Of a DNA stretch of 64,000 nucleotides, positions 8,281 through 17,441 are shown piece by piece. The DNA comes from a virus. Numbering within the stretch: the stretch's first letter is position 1; each line of letters opens with the position of its first letter. The notes beneath the pieces are model-generated. The model saw only the letters and a list, made by a program, of their open reading frames with translations, was not told the origin of the DNA and searched no databases. A program made the position numbers and the translations under genes. The DNA lies in IMG/VR virus record IMGVR_UViG_3300036828_000389, positions 11,517-75,516 of that record. The stretch is one strand, 5' to 3'.

Positions 8281-8596
8281 TGACCCCTGGCAGGATGCCA
8301 GTGCTAAAGCCTGGGTTCGCAACGTCCTCAAGAACATGCTGCCCAAGCTGGAGGGTTCCTCCTGCACCATCTCCCTGGTGCCACAGGACAGGGAGGGTGA
8401 TGTCAAGTTCTGGGTGGAGCTAGGGGCCTCGATCATGCTCGACAAGCCCTTGATCGCCGTCCTGTTGGGCGACGCCCCCTGTCCCCGCAAGCTGGCCCTG
8501 GTCGCGGATGAGATCGTCAGGTGCCCGGATGGCATCGATCCGGCCAGTAGCGAGGAATTGGCTGCGGCCCTCAGGCGAGTGTTGGGTGATGAGTGA
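8273..8596 (+). CDS. Small nucleoside-deoxyribosyltransferase-like fold protein
   Basis: FWVELGASIMLDKPLIAV resembles the NDT E-L-G-x-A...K-P motif. Confidence 0.55.
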   Translation: MPSDPWQDASAKAWVRNVLKNMLPKLEGSSCTISLVPQDREGDVKFWVELGASIMLDKPLIAVLLGDAPCPRKLALVADEIVRCPDGIDPASSEELAAALRRVLGDE

Positions 8597-8762
8597 CACC
8601 CCGGAGAACCTGGAGGCATTCCCCCCGGTCCCCGAACTGGGGGGCGCCATCGGCCGGACAGCGTCTGACGCCTGTCGTCAGGGCCAGCATGATCTGTGCA
8701 AGGACGACACATGCATGTGTCGTCACCATGAGCGCTTGTGGTACGACCAGGTACTGAGGTGA
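8589..8762 (+). CDS. Small Cys/His-rich protein
   Basis: CRQGQHDLCKDDTCMCRHH; overlaps both neighbours. Confidence 0.55.
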   Translation: MSDTPENLEAFPPVPELGGAIGRTASDACRQGQHDLCKDDTCMCRHHERLWYDQVLR

Positions 8763-9274
8763 ACCACCAGGACACCTTTGATGACCTGTGCATCCTGCTG
8801 GAGCAGCACCTGGGTCGCGGCATCGATGACGTGGCCACCGAGATCATGGCCTTCCTGGACATCACCAGCGAGGTGATCCTCTCGGAGCGGGATCCGCCGC
8901 CGGGCCTACGCCGCTGGCTGGCCTCTCACGGACTTGTCCTGGTGGCCGCCGCCGAACCCACGCCCACCCACGTCATGGATCTGATCGATGAGGACGACGA
9001 CGTGGTCGAGGCTGAGGTGTCCACCCAGGAGAGGGCGGGGGGGAGTAGCCCTCTCCTGGGCGTGGGGGACTACGTACAGTACCGCACCGCTCCGATGGGT
9101 CCGAACAACATGAGCCAGCTGGGCTCGGGCACCGTCGTCGGCGTCCACACCGAGAGCATCGAGGTGGAGTTCTCCCCGAACGGGGGCCGGATCGTGCTGT
9201 TCCTTGAAGCCGACACCATCCAGGTGATCCGGTCTAGCCGCGACGAAGACGCCGGGTCGGAGCAGCTGCTGTAG
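8759..9274 (+). CDS. Hypothetical protein with C-terminal SH3/KOW-like domain
   Basis: GTGA overlap; VGDYVQY...GSGTVVGV..IEVEF. Confidence 0.6.
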   Translation: MNHQDTFDDLCILLEQHLGRGIDDVATEIMAFLDITSEVILSERDPPPGLRRWLASHGLVLVAAAEPTPTHVMDLIDEDDDVVEAEVSTQERAGGSSPLLGVGDYVQYRTAPMGPNNMSQLGSGTVVGVHTESIEVEFSPNGGRIVLFLEADTIQVIRSSRDEDAGSEQLL

Positions 9275-10184
9275 CTGGCTCGGGAGCCGGAGCAGGCGCC
9301 CCGCCTTGGCGAGGGACGGCCACCTGGATCTCCACCTTGTCCAGGCGGGTCAGGAAGTCATCGAATTTGCCGCCCAGCTGGTTGGCCCACTCATCCAGAC
9401 CTGACAGGAAGCTCTGTAGGGTGGCGGACACGTCCACCGCTGTCTCTACCACGGCAACGGCAGCTATGGGCTCCCCTGGGGGTACAGGCGCCTCCTGGGC
9501 CTCCTCAGGCTCTCCCTGGGCGGCCAGGATGAGATCCACCATGGCCTGGCGGGTCTTCTTCGGCGGCACGCCCAGCTGGGCCCCGATGTCCTTCAGATCG
9601 TCCATGGACATCTTCTCCAGGTCGGTGCGAGCGAAGATCTCCATCTCCTCCGTGGCCTCGCCCTCGTCCTCGTCGGCAGCTGCCGCGGGCTCAGCCTCCT
9701 CCCCGCCTTCAAAGCTCATGGGGATGAGCCCCTCCGTCAGTTCCCGCACGTCGAGCCCGGCGTCGATGAAGCTGGAGAACATCTCCTCCTGCTCGGACGT
9801 GTCCCGCTCCTTGTCCCACAGCAGGAACAGGGCGGACCGGGGCGCCTCCTTGAGGCTCTGCTCCAGCTGGAGGATGGGATCCTCGACGTTGATGACCTTG
9901 GCGGCGTCGTTGGCCATCTCCACGAAGGCCCGCTTGGAGGTGTCGCTGGAGCGGGTGATGACCTCGTAGACGATGTCGGAGGACTTGGCGATGGCGACGT
10001 ACTCCGTCAGGGTGGCTGTGAACTCGCCGTCCACCAAGACGAACATCCACTTGACCGACTCTGAGGGCTTGATGTTGGCGTCCAGGTACTCCTGGATCAG
10101 CACCATCCCGGCATCCACGTCCATGGCTCCTGTGCCCAGGAAGCCGATGGTGATGCCTTCGGGTGTACCGCGGCGGGGGGGCAT
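9234..10184 (-). CDS. Acidic protein with N-terminal alpha/beta domain and Rho-N/HeH-like motif
   Basis: SD AGGAGAAGGAG before ATG 10184; DLEKMSMDDLKDIGAQLGVPPKKTRQAMVDLIL. Confidence 0.75.
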   Translation of the reverse strand: MPPRRGTPEGITIGFLGTGAMDVDAGMVLIQEYLDANIKPSESVKWMFVLVDGEFTATLTEYVAIAKSSDIVYEVITRSSDTSKRAFVEMANDAAKVINVEDPILQLEQSLKEAPRSALFLLWDKERDTSEQEEMFSSFIDAGLDVRELTEGLIPMSFEGGEEAEPAAAADEDEGEATEEMEIFARTDLEKMSMDDLKDIGAQLGVPPKKTRQAMVDLILAAQGEPEEAQEAPVPPGEPIAAVAVVETAVDVSATLQSFLSGLDEWANQLGGKFDDFLTRLDKVEIQVAVPRQGGAPAPAPEPATAAAPTRRLRRG

Positions 10185-10256
10185 GCGTTCTCCTTCTCCT
10201 AGCTCAGGAGGACACCCAAGCAGCCCCAGTCCGCCAGACCAAGCCGAAGTGAGAAG

Positions 10257-10294
10257 AAAAAACAGCGCCCCGGGATCAGCCCCGGGGCACCGTT
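10257..10294 (-). terminator. Intrinsic terminator
   Basis: On - strand AACGGTGCCCCGGG-GCTGAT-CCCGGGGCGCTGTT followed by TTTT. Confidence 0.75.
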
Positions 10295-10319
10295 CTGACA
10301 CCGTCAACGCGTCGGGGTC

Positions 10320-10348
10320 AGTGTAAACTACATCCGCCCTGAACGCAA
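10320..10348 (-). promoter_or_regulatory. SigA-like promoter
   Basis: TTGCGT-17 nt-TACACT on - strand. Confidence 0.5.
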
Positions 10349-10352
10349 ATAA

Positions 10353-10661
10353 TCACCTTGTTCTTCGGGGCTGGCGCCCGACCACCTCAGATATCGCCTC
10401 ATCTCTGTACCCACGCATCAGCGACTCCAAACCATGTGCCAGCATGGCCAAGCCCGACGCGGCCAGGGCGATGAAGATGCGGGCCTCAGCTGACCGGTTC
10501 TGGACGAGCAGCACCAGGAGGACACAGCAGAGCAGGTTGATGAAGCTCTTCCACCAGGCTGGTTGGAAAAGCCCGATCCGGCGGGTGATCTCTTTGTACA
10601 GCTGCGTAATTCGTACCGACCCCAGCCCGATCAGGATCACGTACCCCAGGTCTACGGCCAT
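10353..10661 (-). CDS. Small membrane protein (holin-like)
   Basis: Three hydrophobic segments, basic C-terminus. Confidence 0.6.
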   Translation of the reverse strand: MAVDLGYVILIGLGSVRITQLYKEITRRIGLFQPAWWKSFINLLCCVLLVLLVQNRSAEARIFIALAASGLAMLAHGLESLMRGYRDEAISEVVGRQPRRTR

Positions 10662-13165
10662 AGGGTCTGATCGATGGGCGGGATGACGTTGCCGGACTCA
10701 AAGGTCAGGGTGTAGGTGGAGGCCATCGGCAGCCAACGGTACAACTCGGTCCGTAGGCGGAAGGACCGGTTGGTCATGCCCCGAAAGTAGTAGCTGGAGC
10801 CGTCGTTGCCCACCTGGTAGTCGAAGTTGCCGTAGTAGGCCGGGAGGTGGGCGTCGAGGAAGGGCGGCGGGCCCGTGGTGAAACTGCCGGGCGCGAGCAT
10901 GGCCGAGTTGAACACGAAGTTGGCGGACTGGGCGGTCGGGAACCGGATGAAGGGGTAGAAGAAGACCGCCGGGAGACCAGTGGACTGCTCGACCGGCGTG
11001 ATGCTGCGGATGCTTTGGCCTGCGGGCGGGAAGCTGAACCGCTGCCAGTCGTTGGTCAGGTAGTCGGTGTCCCAGTCCTCGTAGAAGGTGCCGTCAGGGA
11101 AGTACCAGCGCAGGCCGATCTGGATCTGGGCGTTGGAGGGATCCTGGACGATCATGTACCGGCCGTAGACGCTGAAATTGAGCATCTGACCCGGGAAGGC
11201 CGTGAAGTAGAAGACATTTCCGGCTTGGGGTGGCTGAGGCTGGGCGAACCAGTCTCCACCTCCGACCACACCGGACAGGAGGTTGAAGTACAGCAGGTTG
11301 ATGAAGAACCAGCTGTTGGCCGGGCGGGACGTGTCCGGGGGATCCATCCAGGGTCGTGGCGGGCCCAGCTGAGGCACGGCGCCGTTGAACCAGTCCGGCG
11401 GCTGAGCCGGAGTGGAGTTGGTGTAGTCGATGAACCAGCCGCTGGGGATGGACACAGGCGGGGAGAAGCTGGTGACGGTGCCGCCCCAGATCACAGCGTT
11501 GGCGCCCTGAGTCGGGCTGACCTGTAGTGAAGCCCAGCCGTTGACGGCGAAGAGGGCAGAGGGGTCGTCCGGAGTTTCGTAGTGGATGTACATGCTGGTG
11601 CTGTAGTTCTGCGTGGGATGGGTCGGATCGTTCGCAGAAGTCCAGCCATCGAAGCCGTTCGGGAACGTGGTCAGCGGGTTGGCCATCAGGTTGGTGGCCT
11701 GGGGCGCCAGGGCGATCTTCACGTCGCGGGGATAGTCGTAGGTGGTCGGGATCTCCTGGCCGATCTGACTCGGCTTGGCCGCCCATATCATGCCGAAGGT
11801 CAGGTAGCAGCTGACCCCAAACGCCGGGCCATAGATCCGCACCCGGGGATAGATCCAGTAGTAGGCCGGGATCTGGGCGTTGGCCGGGGGGGTCACGTTC
11901 TGGTAGTAGGGGTTGATGTTGGCGGTACAGGTGTACTGCTTCCAGTTATTGGCCGTCATCGCGGTCGTGGTCGTAGCCGCGATCTGGATGGGAGTGCCGT
12001 TGCCCGCGTCCCCCCACAGGGAGATGTCCATGGTGTACGCAGCAGTACTGAGTACCTGGATCTGGAAGGTGATGTTGCCGGGCCCGTCGGTCTGTGACAG
12101 GAAGTCCAGGACCGGAATGGCTCCGGTGCAGATATCGATGTTGCTGGCCGGATGACCGCTGGCGGGGTTGGCGGTATAGACCCCGATGCCGGTGTTGTTG
12201 TACGGCGGCGGGTTGGGGACGAATCCGATGATGGTCGCGGGGTTGGGCCCGTTGGCCAGCAGGTTGGGGATCTGGGCGAAGTGGAGGCCCACGTTGGCCC
12301 CAGCTGGGGCGGGGAAGCTGGTTCCTGGTGGTGGCCAGGCTTGCCAGGTGCCAGTGCCCTGAGCCCCCACGCTGTCGTCCAGGGTCAGCATGAGGTTGTA
12401 GCCCTTGTGGGCCGTGATGGCGGCCGGGTAGCCGGTCATGATGCTGGAGAAGTCGGTGATGCCTCGCGACGAGCCCTTGAGCTTGTAGAGGTGCATGGCG
12501 TTGCTGATCAGGATGCGTTCCTGGGCCATGCCGATCTCGGGATCGTTGGGTAGCCCGAACTGGTAGGCCAAGAGCGGCAGCAGGGCCCCGGAGACATGCT
12601 TGGCGTCATTGACGGAGAGCAGTGACTCAAGCTCGGTGCGGATGAAGTCCATCTCAAACCCCAGCAAATTCAGGAAGCTTTGCAGGGGTGGCGTGGGCAG
12701 GTTCGGCGTGATCCAGGGGTTGTACGGGTTGACCAGGATGGAGTCGAGGTCGCGATAGGCGAGGGGCAGGAGGTTGTAGTACCTGTTCCCATAGCCCCAC
12801 GGCAGCGGCAGCAACGCGATCAGGTCGGTGCAGCGGATCCACAGCTGATCATGGGTCGAGAACCCCCACATGGTGTAGTAGTTGAATCCGGGCGAGCAAC
12901 CGTCGTCGGTGAAGCTCTGCAACGAAGAGGTGGGCAGGGTGAAAAGGATGGTCCCGTCGGTCTCATCCTGGGGGATGTTGAAGACATTCCTGACCAGCTG
13001 AAGGTTGACGCAGTCATCGGATGGGGGCTTGCTCCAGGTTAGGAACAGGCTCTGGTAGTCCAGGGGAGTGAACTCAAATGGTGACACCGAGAAGTCTGGC
13101 CGTGACAGCGTGGGGTCGCGTCCGAACCTGGTGAGTGAGTAGTAGTCGATGCCGTAGACGCCCAT
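10652..13165 (-). CDS. Baseplate wedge/tail protein (P2 gpI-like core plus beta-rich domains)
   Basis: LLPLLAYQFGL...ERILISNAMHLYKLKGSSRGI; lies downstream of baseplate J. Confidence 0.75.
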   Translation of the reverse strand: MGVYGIDYYSLTRFGRDPTLSRPDFSVSPFEFTPLDYQSLFLTWSKPPSDDCVNLQLVRNVFNIPQDETDGTILFTLPTSSLQSFTDDGCSPGFNYYTMWGFSTHDQLWIRCTDLIALLPLPWGYGNRYYNLLPLAYRDLDSILVNPYNPWITPNLPTPPLQSFLNLLGFEMDFIRTELESLLSVNDAKHVSGALLPLLAYQFGLPNDPEIGMAQERILISNAMHLYKLKGSSRGITDFSSIMTGYPAAITAHKGYNLMLTLDDSVGAQGTGTWQAWPPPGTSFPAPAGANVGLHFAQIPNLLANGPNPATIIGFVPNPPPYNNTGIGVYTANPASGHPASNIDICTGAIPVLDFLSQTDGPGNITFQIQVLSTAAYTMDISLWGDAGNGTPIQIAATTTTAMTANNWKQYTCTANINPYYQNVTPPANAQIPAYYWIYPRVRIYGPAFGVSCYLTFGMIWAAKPSQIGQEIPTTYDYPRDVKIALAPQATNLMANPLTTFPNGFDGWTSANDPTHPTQNYSTSMYIHYETPDDPSALFAVNGWASLQVSPTQGANAVIWGGTVTSFSPPVSIPSGWFIDYTNSTPAQPPDWFNGAVPQLGPPRPWMDPPDTSRPANSWFFINLLYFNLLSGVVGGGDWFAQPQPPQAGNVFYFTAFPGQMLNFSVYGRYMIVQDPSNAQIQIGLRWYFPDGTFYEDWDTDYLTNDWQRFSFPPAGQSIRSITPVEQSTGLPAVFFYPFIRFPTAQSANFVFNSAMLAPGSFTTGPPPFLDAHLPAYYGNFDYQVGNDGSSYYFRGMTNRSFRLRTELYRWLPMASTYTLTFESGNVIPPIDQTLWP

Positions 13166-14032
13166 TTACCGTCCTATCGCCAACCAAACCATGCAGACCA
13201 GGGCCCGCCGATCCACCTGGATGTCTTCAATGAACTGGATCCAGGCGCCCTGGTTGTTGAGTCCGACCAGGGTCAGCTGATCCTCCATGTACTGATAGGC
13301 GTACCAGCCCAGCATGGAGAGCCCCGGGAAGGGCATCTTCATGTAGACGAAGCTGTACAGCTGATGGAACCCGGCCCCGAAGGGCACATAGAGGTTGCCA
13401 TAGCCGTCGGTGTAGCCCTGCGCCACCCCGCCCATGAGAACCAGGGGGCCCCCTCTGGCCTCGTTGACCAACTCTGCGTTGATCATCGCCTCGATCTGGC
13501 CGATGGTGAGACCTTGCGGTACGTCCATGAGCCGGATCAGCTGGTTGACGTGGATGTTGGGGTAGCCGGAACCAGTCCTGGGATCGGGGTAGAAGCCCTG
13601 CACGGGCCTGGTGAAGCCCCGGCTGGCGTTTCTCGGGACGTACACAGGATGACTGTCGGCGCTCAGGTCAGTCAGGAAGTGATGAACGTGGTTGTGCCCG
13701 ATCCACGCCTTGTAGAGATAGAGGTACTGGATGGTGGCGCCCAGAGTGGCCTTGGCAACGGTGGTGCCGGTTACTGGGAGCTTGCCAGTTAGGGGGATGA
13801 GAACCCAGGGATTGATCCCCAGGGTGGTCTCGATGCTCCTGATCTCGGTGTGCAGATCGTTGGTGATGGTGGCCGCGTCGATGGTCAGGTCGATCATGTT
13901 GGGCGTGCCGTCAGGATTGACGCCAGCCTGGATCCACTTCGTGCCGTCCTGAGGCTGATCGGCGTAGGTGCAGAAGTCGCGGATCGCTACGGGGTAACGC
14001 TGGGTGGAGTCAACCGGCGGCGGGACTGGCAT
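13166..14032 (-). CDS. Minor tail/baseplate protein (paralog B)
   Basis: YPVAIRDF..INDLHTEIRSIETTLG, HNHVHH, C-terminal WLAIG shared with the upstream gene. Confidence 0.7.
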   Translation of the reverse strand: MPVPPPVDSTQRYPVAIRDFCTYADQPQDGTKWIQAGVNPDGTPNMIDLTIDAATITNDLHTEIRSIETTLGINPWVLIPLTGKLPVTGTTVAKATLGATIQYLYLYKAWIGHNHVHHFLTDLSADSHPVYVPRNASRGFTRPVQGFYPDPRTGSGYPNIHVNQLIRLMDVPQGLTIGQIEAMINAELVNEARGGPLVLMGGVAQGYTDGYGNLYVPFGAGFHQLYSFVYMKMPFPGLSMLGWYAYQYMEDQLTLVGLNNQGAWIQFIEDIQVDRRALVCMVWLAIGR

Positions 14033-14842
14033 CTACCATCCAATCGCCAACCAGGTCAGAGCTACGTTCATGTAGGGCTGCCAGGAGTAGTCGTGGGAGA
14101 ACTGCACCACGGCTCCTCCCAGAGAGGCGCCCAGGAGGGTGATCTGGGTCTCGATGTGGTTGTAGTCCCCGTTGGGCGCCGGGGCGTAGCCGGGGCCGGG
14201 ACGGACCGGGATCTTGGTGCAGGCCACGGCTACCACGCCGCTCGGGTAGCCGGAGCCGAAGGAGAGATGGATGATGCCGCTACCGTCGGTCCAGCCGAAT
14301 GGAAAGATGCCACCCTTGATGATCCAGTTCGGGTGAGGTGGCGGGTAGCCGAAGGGAGCGTAAAGGGGTGGGCCTCCATAGGCGCCCGTCACCAGGTTGG
14401 CGACGGCGTTGTCGATCAGCTGCTCGACCAACGCCGTGTTGGCGTAGTTCAGGCTTTGCAGCTGGCCCAGAGTCACCAGGTCGTTGGGGTTGTTGCCTGC
14501 CACCCCCGTAACCGGCGCCGTGAAGGACCGGGCGCCGTCGGCGCGGATGTAGAGGACGTGGTCATCGATGAGCAGGTCTTGCAGGAGGTGATGGTCGTGA
14601 GTGTGGTTCGACGGAGCCTTGTTCACCCAGAGATCCTGGACGGCCCCACCGAAGGTGCTGTAGGGCGTGCCCTGGAAGGGATTGGTCCCCAGGGTCCGCT
14701 CGATGACTGAGACCTCCACGTTGACCTCGTTGATGCTGCGGGCCCAGATGATGTCCGTATAGTCCTGGTAGGTCGTGAAGACCTTGATGGCTCGCGGATA
14801 TATAGGCGTAACGGGGATGTTGGTCGGAGGTACAGCCGTCAT
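14033..14842 (-). CDS. Minor tail/baseplate protein (paralog A)
   Basis: YPRAIKVF..INEVNVEVSVIERTLG, HTHDHH, WLAIG end. Confidence 0.7.
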   Translation of the reverse strand: MTAVPPTNIPVTPIYPRAIKVFTTYQDYTDIIWARSINEVNVEVSVIERTLGTNPFQGTPYSTFGGAVQDLWVNKAPSNHTHDHHLLQDLLIDDHVLYIRADGARSFTAPVTGVAGNNPNDLVTLGQLQSLNYANTALVEQLIDNAVANLVTGAYGGPPLYAPFGYPPPHPNWIIKGGIFPFGWTDGSGIIHLSFGSGYPSGVVAVACTKIPVRPGPGYAPAPNGDYNHIETQITLLGASLGGAVVQFSHDYSWQPYMNVALTWLAIGW

Positions 14843-16764
14843 TAAGGAATTCCTCCGGATGGGGTCACAGTGACGGTGTTGGCCTGGGGGATCTCGTAGG
14901 CAGCGCAGACGATGTCACCAGCTGAGGGCACTGCCTCGTTGCGAGCCAGCACGCTGATATTGACGTAGTCCACTCCTTCGACAGCCTGGATGGCGTGATA
15001 AACGCTCGACAGACTGATGCGGGTGCCGAAGTCCACCCCGTCGAAGCGGAACAGGTTCCGAATGATCGACTGGACGTTTTGCTGGACCGTGGTCATCTTG
15101 TATTGGGTCAGTACCTGGATGCCGACACTCACGTTGACCGGCACATAACCCAGGGAGAGGATCCCATTCTTGTTGTACTGGGGCCCCAGGATGGCCACGG
15201 AGACCGTGGCCACCTTCCTGGTGTCGAGGTAGCCGGTCATAGCTGAGTTGGTGATCAACGGGGTGATGTTGTTGACGGCTGACTGGAGAGCCGCGAGCCC
15301 AGCTGGGGTGTTGGGCCAGAAGGATCCCGATGGGTGGATGTAAAGGTTGACGGCGTTGTGGTAGAGCGCAGAGGCGGCGGCCTTGGCGATCTGGGGGATG
15401 TTCAGGATGAGCGCTGCGTAGTCGTCCAGGGTCACGGCGCGGTTGATGGCAGTGATGGATAGTGGGGCATGGATCCGGATGTGGTCAATGCTCTCGGCAT
15501 CGGCACCACCGAGAGCCGGAGCCGTGTTCGTTACGGCCAGGACTCCTGGAATGGCTATGCCCACGTTCACCAGGGTGTTGGTCGCCACGTTCCCAGATGA
15601 GCCGCCGCCCGCGACGTAGCTGGCTGTGATCTGGGCGCCGGAGATCGGGACACGTCCGTTCGTGTTGTCACCGAAGATGATCGACACGATCCCATTGGCG
15701 TCAGTGTTGGTGGTATATGCCATGTCGGTGGCCATGGAGTCCACCAGTCGCTGGAAATACTGCCAGACGTTGTTGGTGCCGCCCTCGTTCACAGAGATGA
15801 TCACGCTGCCGTCCAGGACCGGAGTCCGGTACAGGGTGAATGTCTGAGCGGGGGTGCCGGAAGAGGTTCCCACGTTCTCATTACTGACCTGGTTCCCGTG
15901 GACCGCAGGTACCGATCCGCCGTACATTCCGGGTGCCGCCGGTTGGTACGTGATCACGATGGCTGCGCCTACCGCAGGAGCCATTCCCTGGCCTGCCCCG
16001 CTGAGGCCGTTGCCGAACTGGACCGTGTTGCCGTTGATGACGGTGTAGACCTGGGCGTTCCACAGCTGACCAGCGAAGGGGGGTGTGTTCGCGGGCGGCG
16101 GCGGCACATACGTCCAGGGTGTGCCGTTGACCGTGACATGCTGGTTCACGGACCCCAACCAGATGTAGGTGGGGTAGGGCTTGCCCCCCATGTAGGGGAA
16201 GCCGTCGGTGCCCAGCAGGATCTGTTGGTAGGCCAGCCCCGTCCCGGTCGTATTGATCGTGCCGCTGACCGCGTCACCGTAGATCCACAGGCTCTGAGTG
16301 GTCTGGAAGGTGATGGGGCTGGCGCCGTTGGTGTTGGTGGTGACCAGTGTTGGGCCACCAGAGTCTCCAGGGCCCGGGATCAGTACCGGTGGAGAAGGGT
16401 TGGTAATGGTGAACTGCAATGTGGTCGTAGCGGCGGTATTTCCATGCGGGGTGTAGTCCAGCATGCTGGCGATGTTCAGGACCGACTGTCGCTGCTGAGC
16501 CGTGGCCAGGAAGGCTTCGTTGGCGATGCGGTCGCTGTAGAAGTTGATGATGTCGCCTACGTAGCAGAACAACTCCATCAGCACGATGCCGAAGTCCCCG
16601 GGGCTACGGTCAGTCCACTCGGGCAGATAGGTCGGGATCAGGTTGACCAGGTCGTTGAGGATCGAGGCGTAGTCACGGCTGGTGTAGTCAACCGACGGTA
16701 TAGAGAGGGTGCTGGGGACGACATCGGAAATGGTGCCGCTGATGGAACTCGGGACCATGGTCAT
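14842..16764 (-). CDS. Baseplate J-like wedge protein
   Basis: VDYTSRDYASI, PEWTDRSPGDFGIVLMELF, FGDNTNGRVP, GGADAESID, RAVTLDDY. Confidence 0.9.
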   Translation of the reverse strand: MTMVPSSISGTISDVVPSTLSIPSVDYTSRDYASILNDLVNLIPTYLPEWTDRSPGDFGIVLMELFCYVGDIINFYSDRIANEAFLATAQQRQSVLNIASMLDYTPHGNTAATTTLQFTITNPSPPVLIPGPGDSGGPTLVTTNTNGASPITFQTTQSLWIYGDAVSGTINTTGTGLAYQQILLGTDGFPYMGGKPYPTYIWLGSVNQHVTVNGTPWTYVPPPPANTPPFAGQLWNAQVYTVINGNTVQFGNGLSGAGQGMAPAVGAAIVITYQPAAPGMYGGSVPAVHGNQVSNENVGTSSGTPAQTFTLYRTPVLDGSVIISVNEGGTNNVWQYFQRLVDSMATDMAYTTNTDANGIVSIIFGDNTNGRVPISGAQITASYVAGGGSSGNVATNTLVNVGIAIPGVLAVTNTAPALGGADAESIDHIRIHAPLSITAINRAVTLDDYAALILNIPQIAKAAASALYHNAVNLYIHPSGSFWPNTPAGLAALQSAVNNITPLITNSAMTGYLDTRKVATVSVAILGPQYNKNGILSLGYVPVNVSVGIQVLTQYKMTTVQQNVQSIIRNLFRFDGVDFGTRISLSSVYHAIQAVEGVDYVNISVLARNEAVPSAGDIVCAAYEIPQANTVTVTPSGGIP

Positions 16765-17441
16765 GAGGAGATCTCGACTCCTTGGCCTCCCAGTGAGAAG
16801 CTGATGTTGTGGACGGATTGGCTGACGCCGACGCTGAACTGGATCTCTATCTGGAAGATGCCGGTATAGGGCTCCTGGGCCACCAGGTCACACCTCTGGA
16901 TGGTGATGCTCGGCTCGTAGAGGCCGATCTGGGCCTGGACGTTGGCCACGATGGTCTGCTCGGTGAAGAGGTCGTTGGACTCAAAGACGTACCGGAGCAT
17001 CCCGGCGCCATAGCCGGGCCGCATGACGCGCTCTCCTGGGCTGGTCAACAGGATTGACAGGATGTGGTTGCGAGCCCAGATGACTGGATCCAGGTCGGAG
17101 GCAACGGATCCGGAACTGACCACTGGAGGGATATTCGTCCAGGGGTAGATCGGATTACCGTTCTGGTCCGGCAGGACATTACCGGTGCTGTCGGTGAGGG
17201 GCGTACCCGGAGCGGTGCCGATATTGCCGATCAGGCACTGCCAGCCCATGTTGAGGTAGTACACCGCGTCGTTCTGGTTGTACCCGATGGTGGGATCCCA
17301 CCCTGATGGTGAGTACCAGTTGAAGCCAGGGCTGGTATTAGGCCCGACTGTCGATCCACTGGCGTCGATGCGGAACGGCAGGGATAGCTCTTCCGACTGA
17401 GGCAGGAAGCGGAAGGCCGGAATGGTGGTGAGGAAGGTCAT
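16761..17441 (-). CDS. Baseplate wedge gp25/GPW-like protein with inserted CBM5/12-like motif
   Basis: LPFRID...LLTSPGERVMRPGYG...YEPSI; insert WDPTIGYNQNDAVYYLNMGWQC. Confidence 0.85.
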   Translation of the reverse strand: MTFLTTIPAFRFLPQSEELSLPFRIDASGSTVGPNTSPGFNWYSPSGWDPTIGYNQNDAVYYLNMGWQCLIGNIGTAPGTPLTDSTGNVLPDQNGNPIYPWTNIPPVVSSGSVASDLDPVIWARNHILSILLTSPGERVMRPGYGAGMLRYVFESNDLFTEQTIVANVQAQIGLYEPSITIQRCDLVAQEPYTGIFQIEIQFSVGVSQSVHNISFSLGGQGVEISS

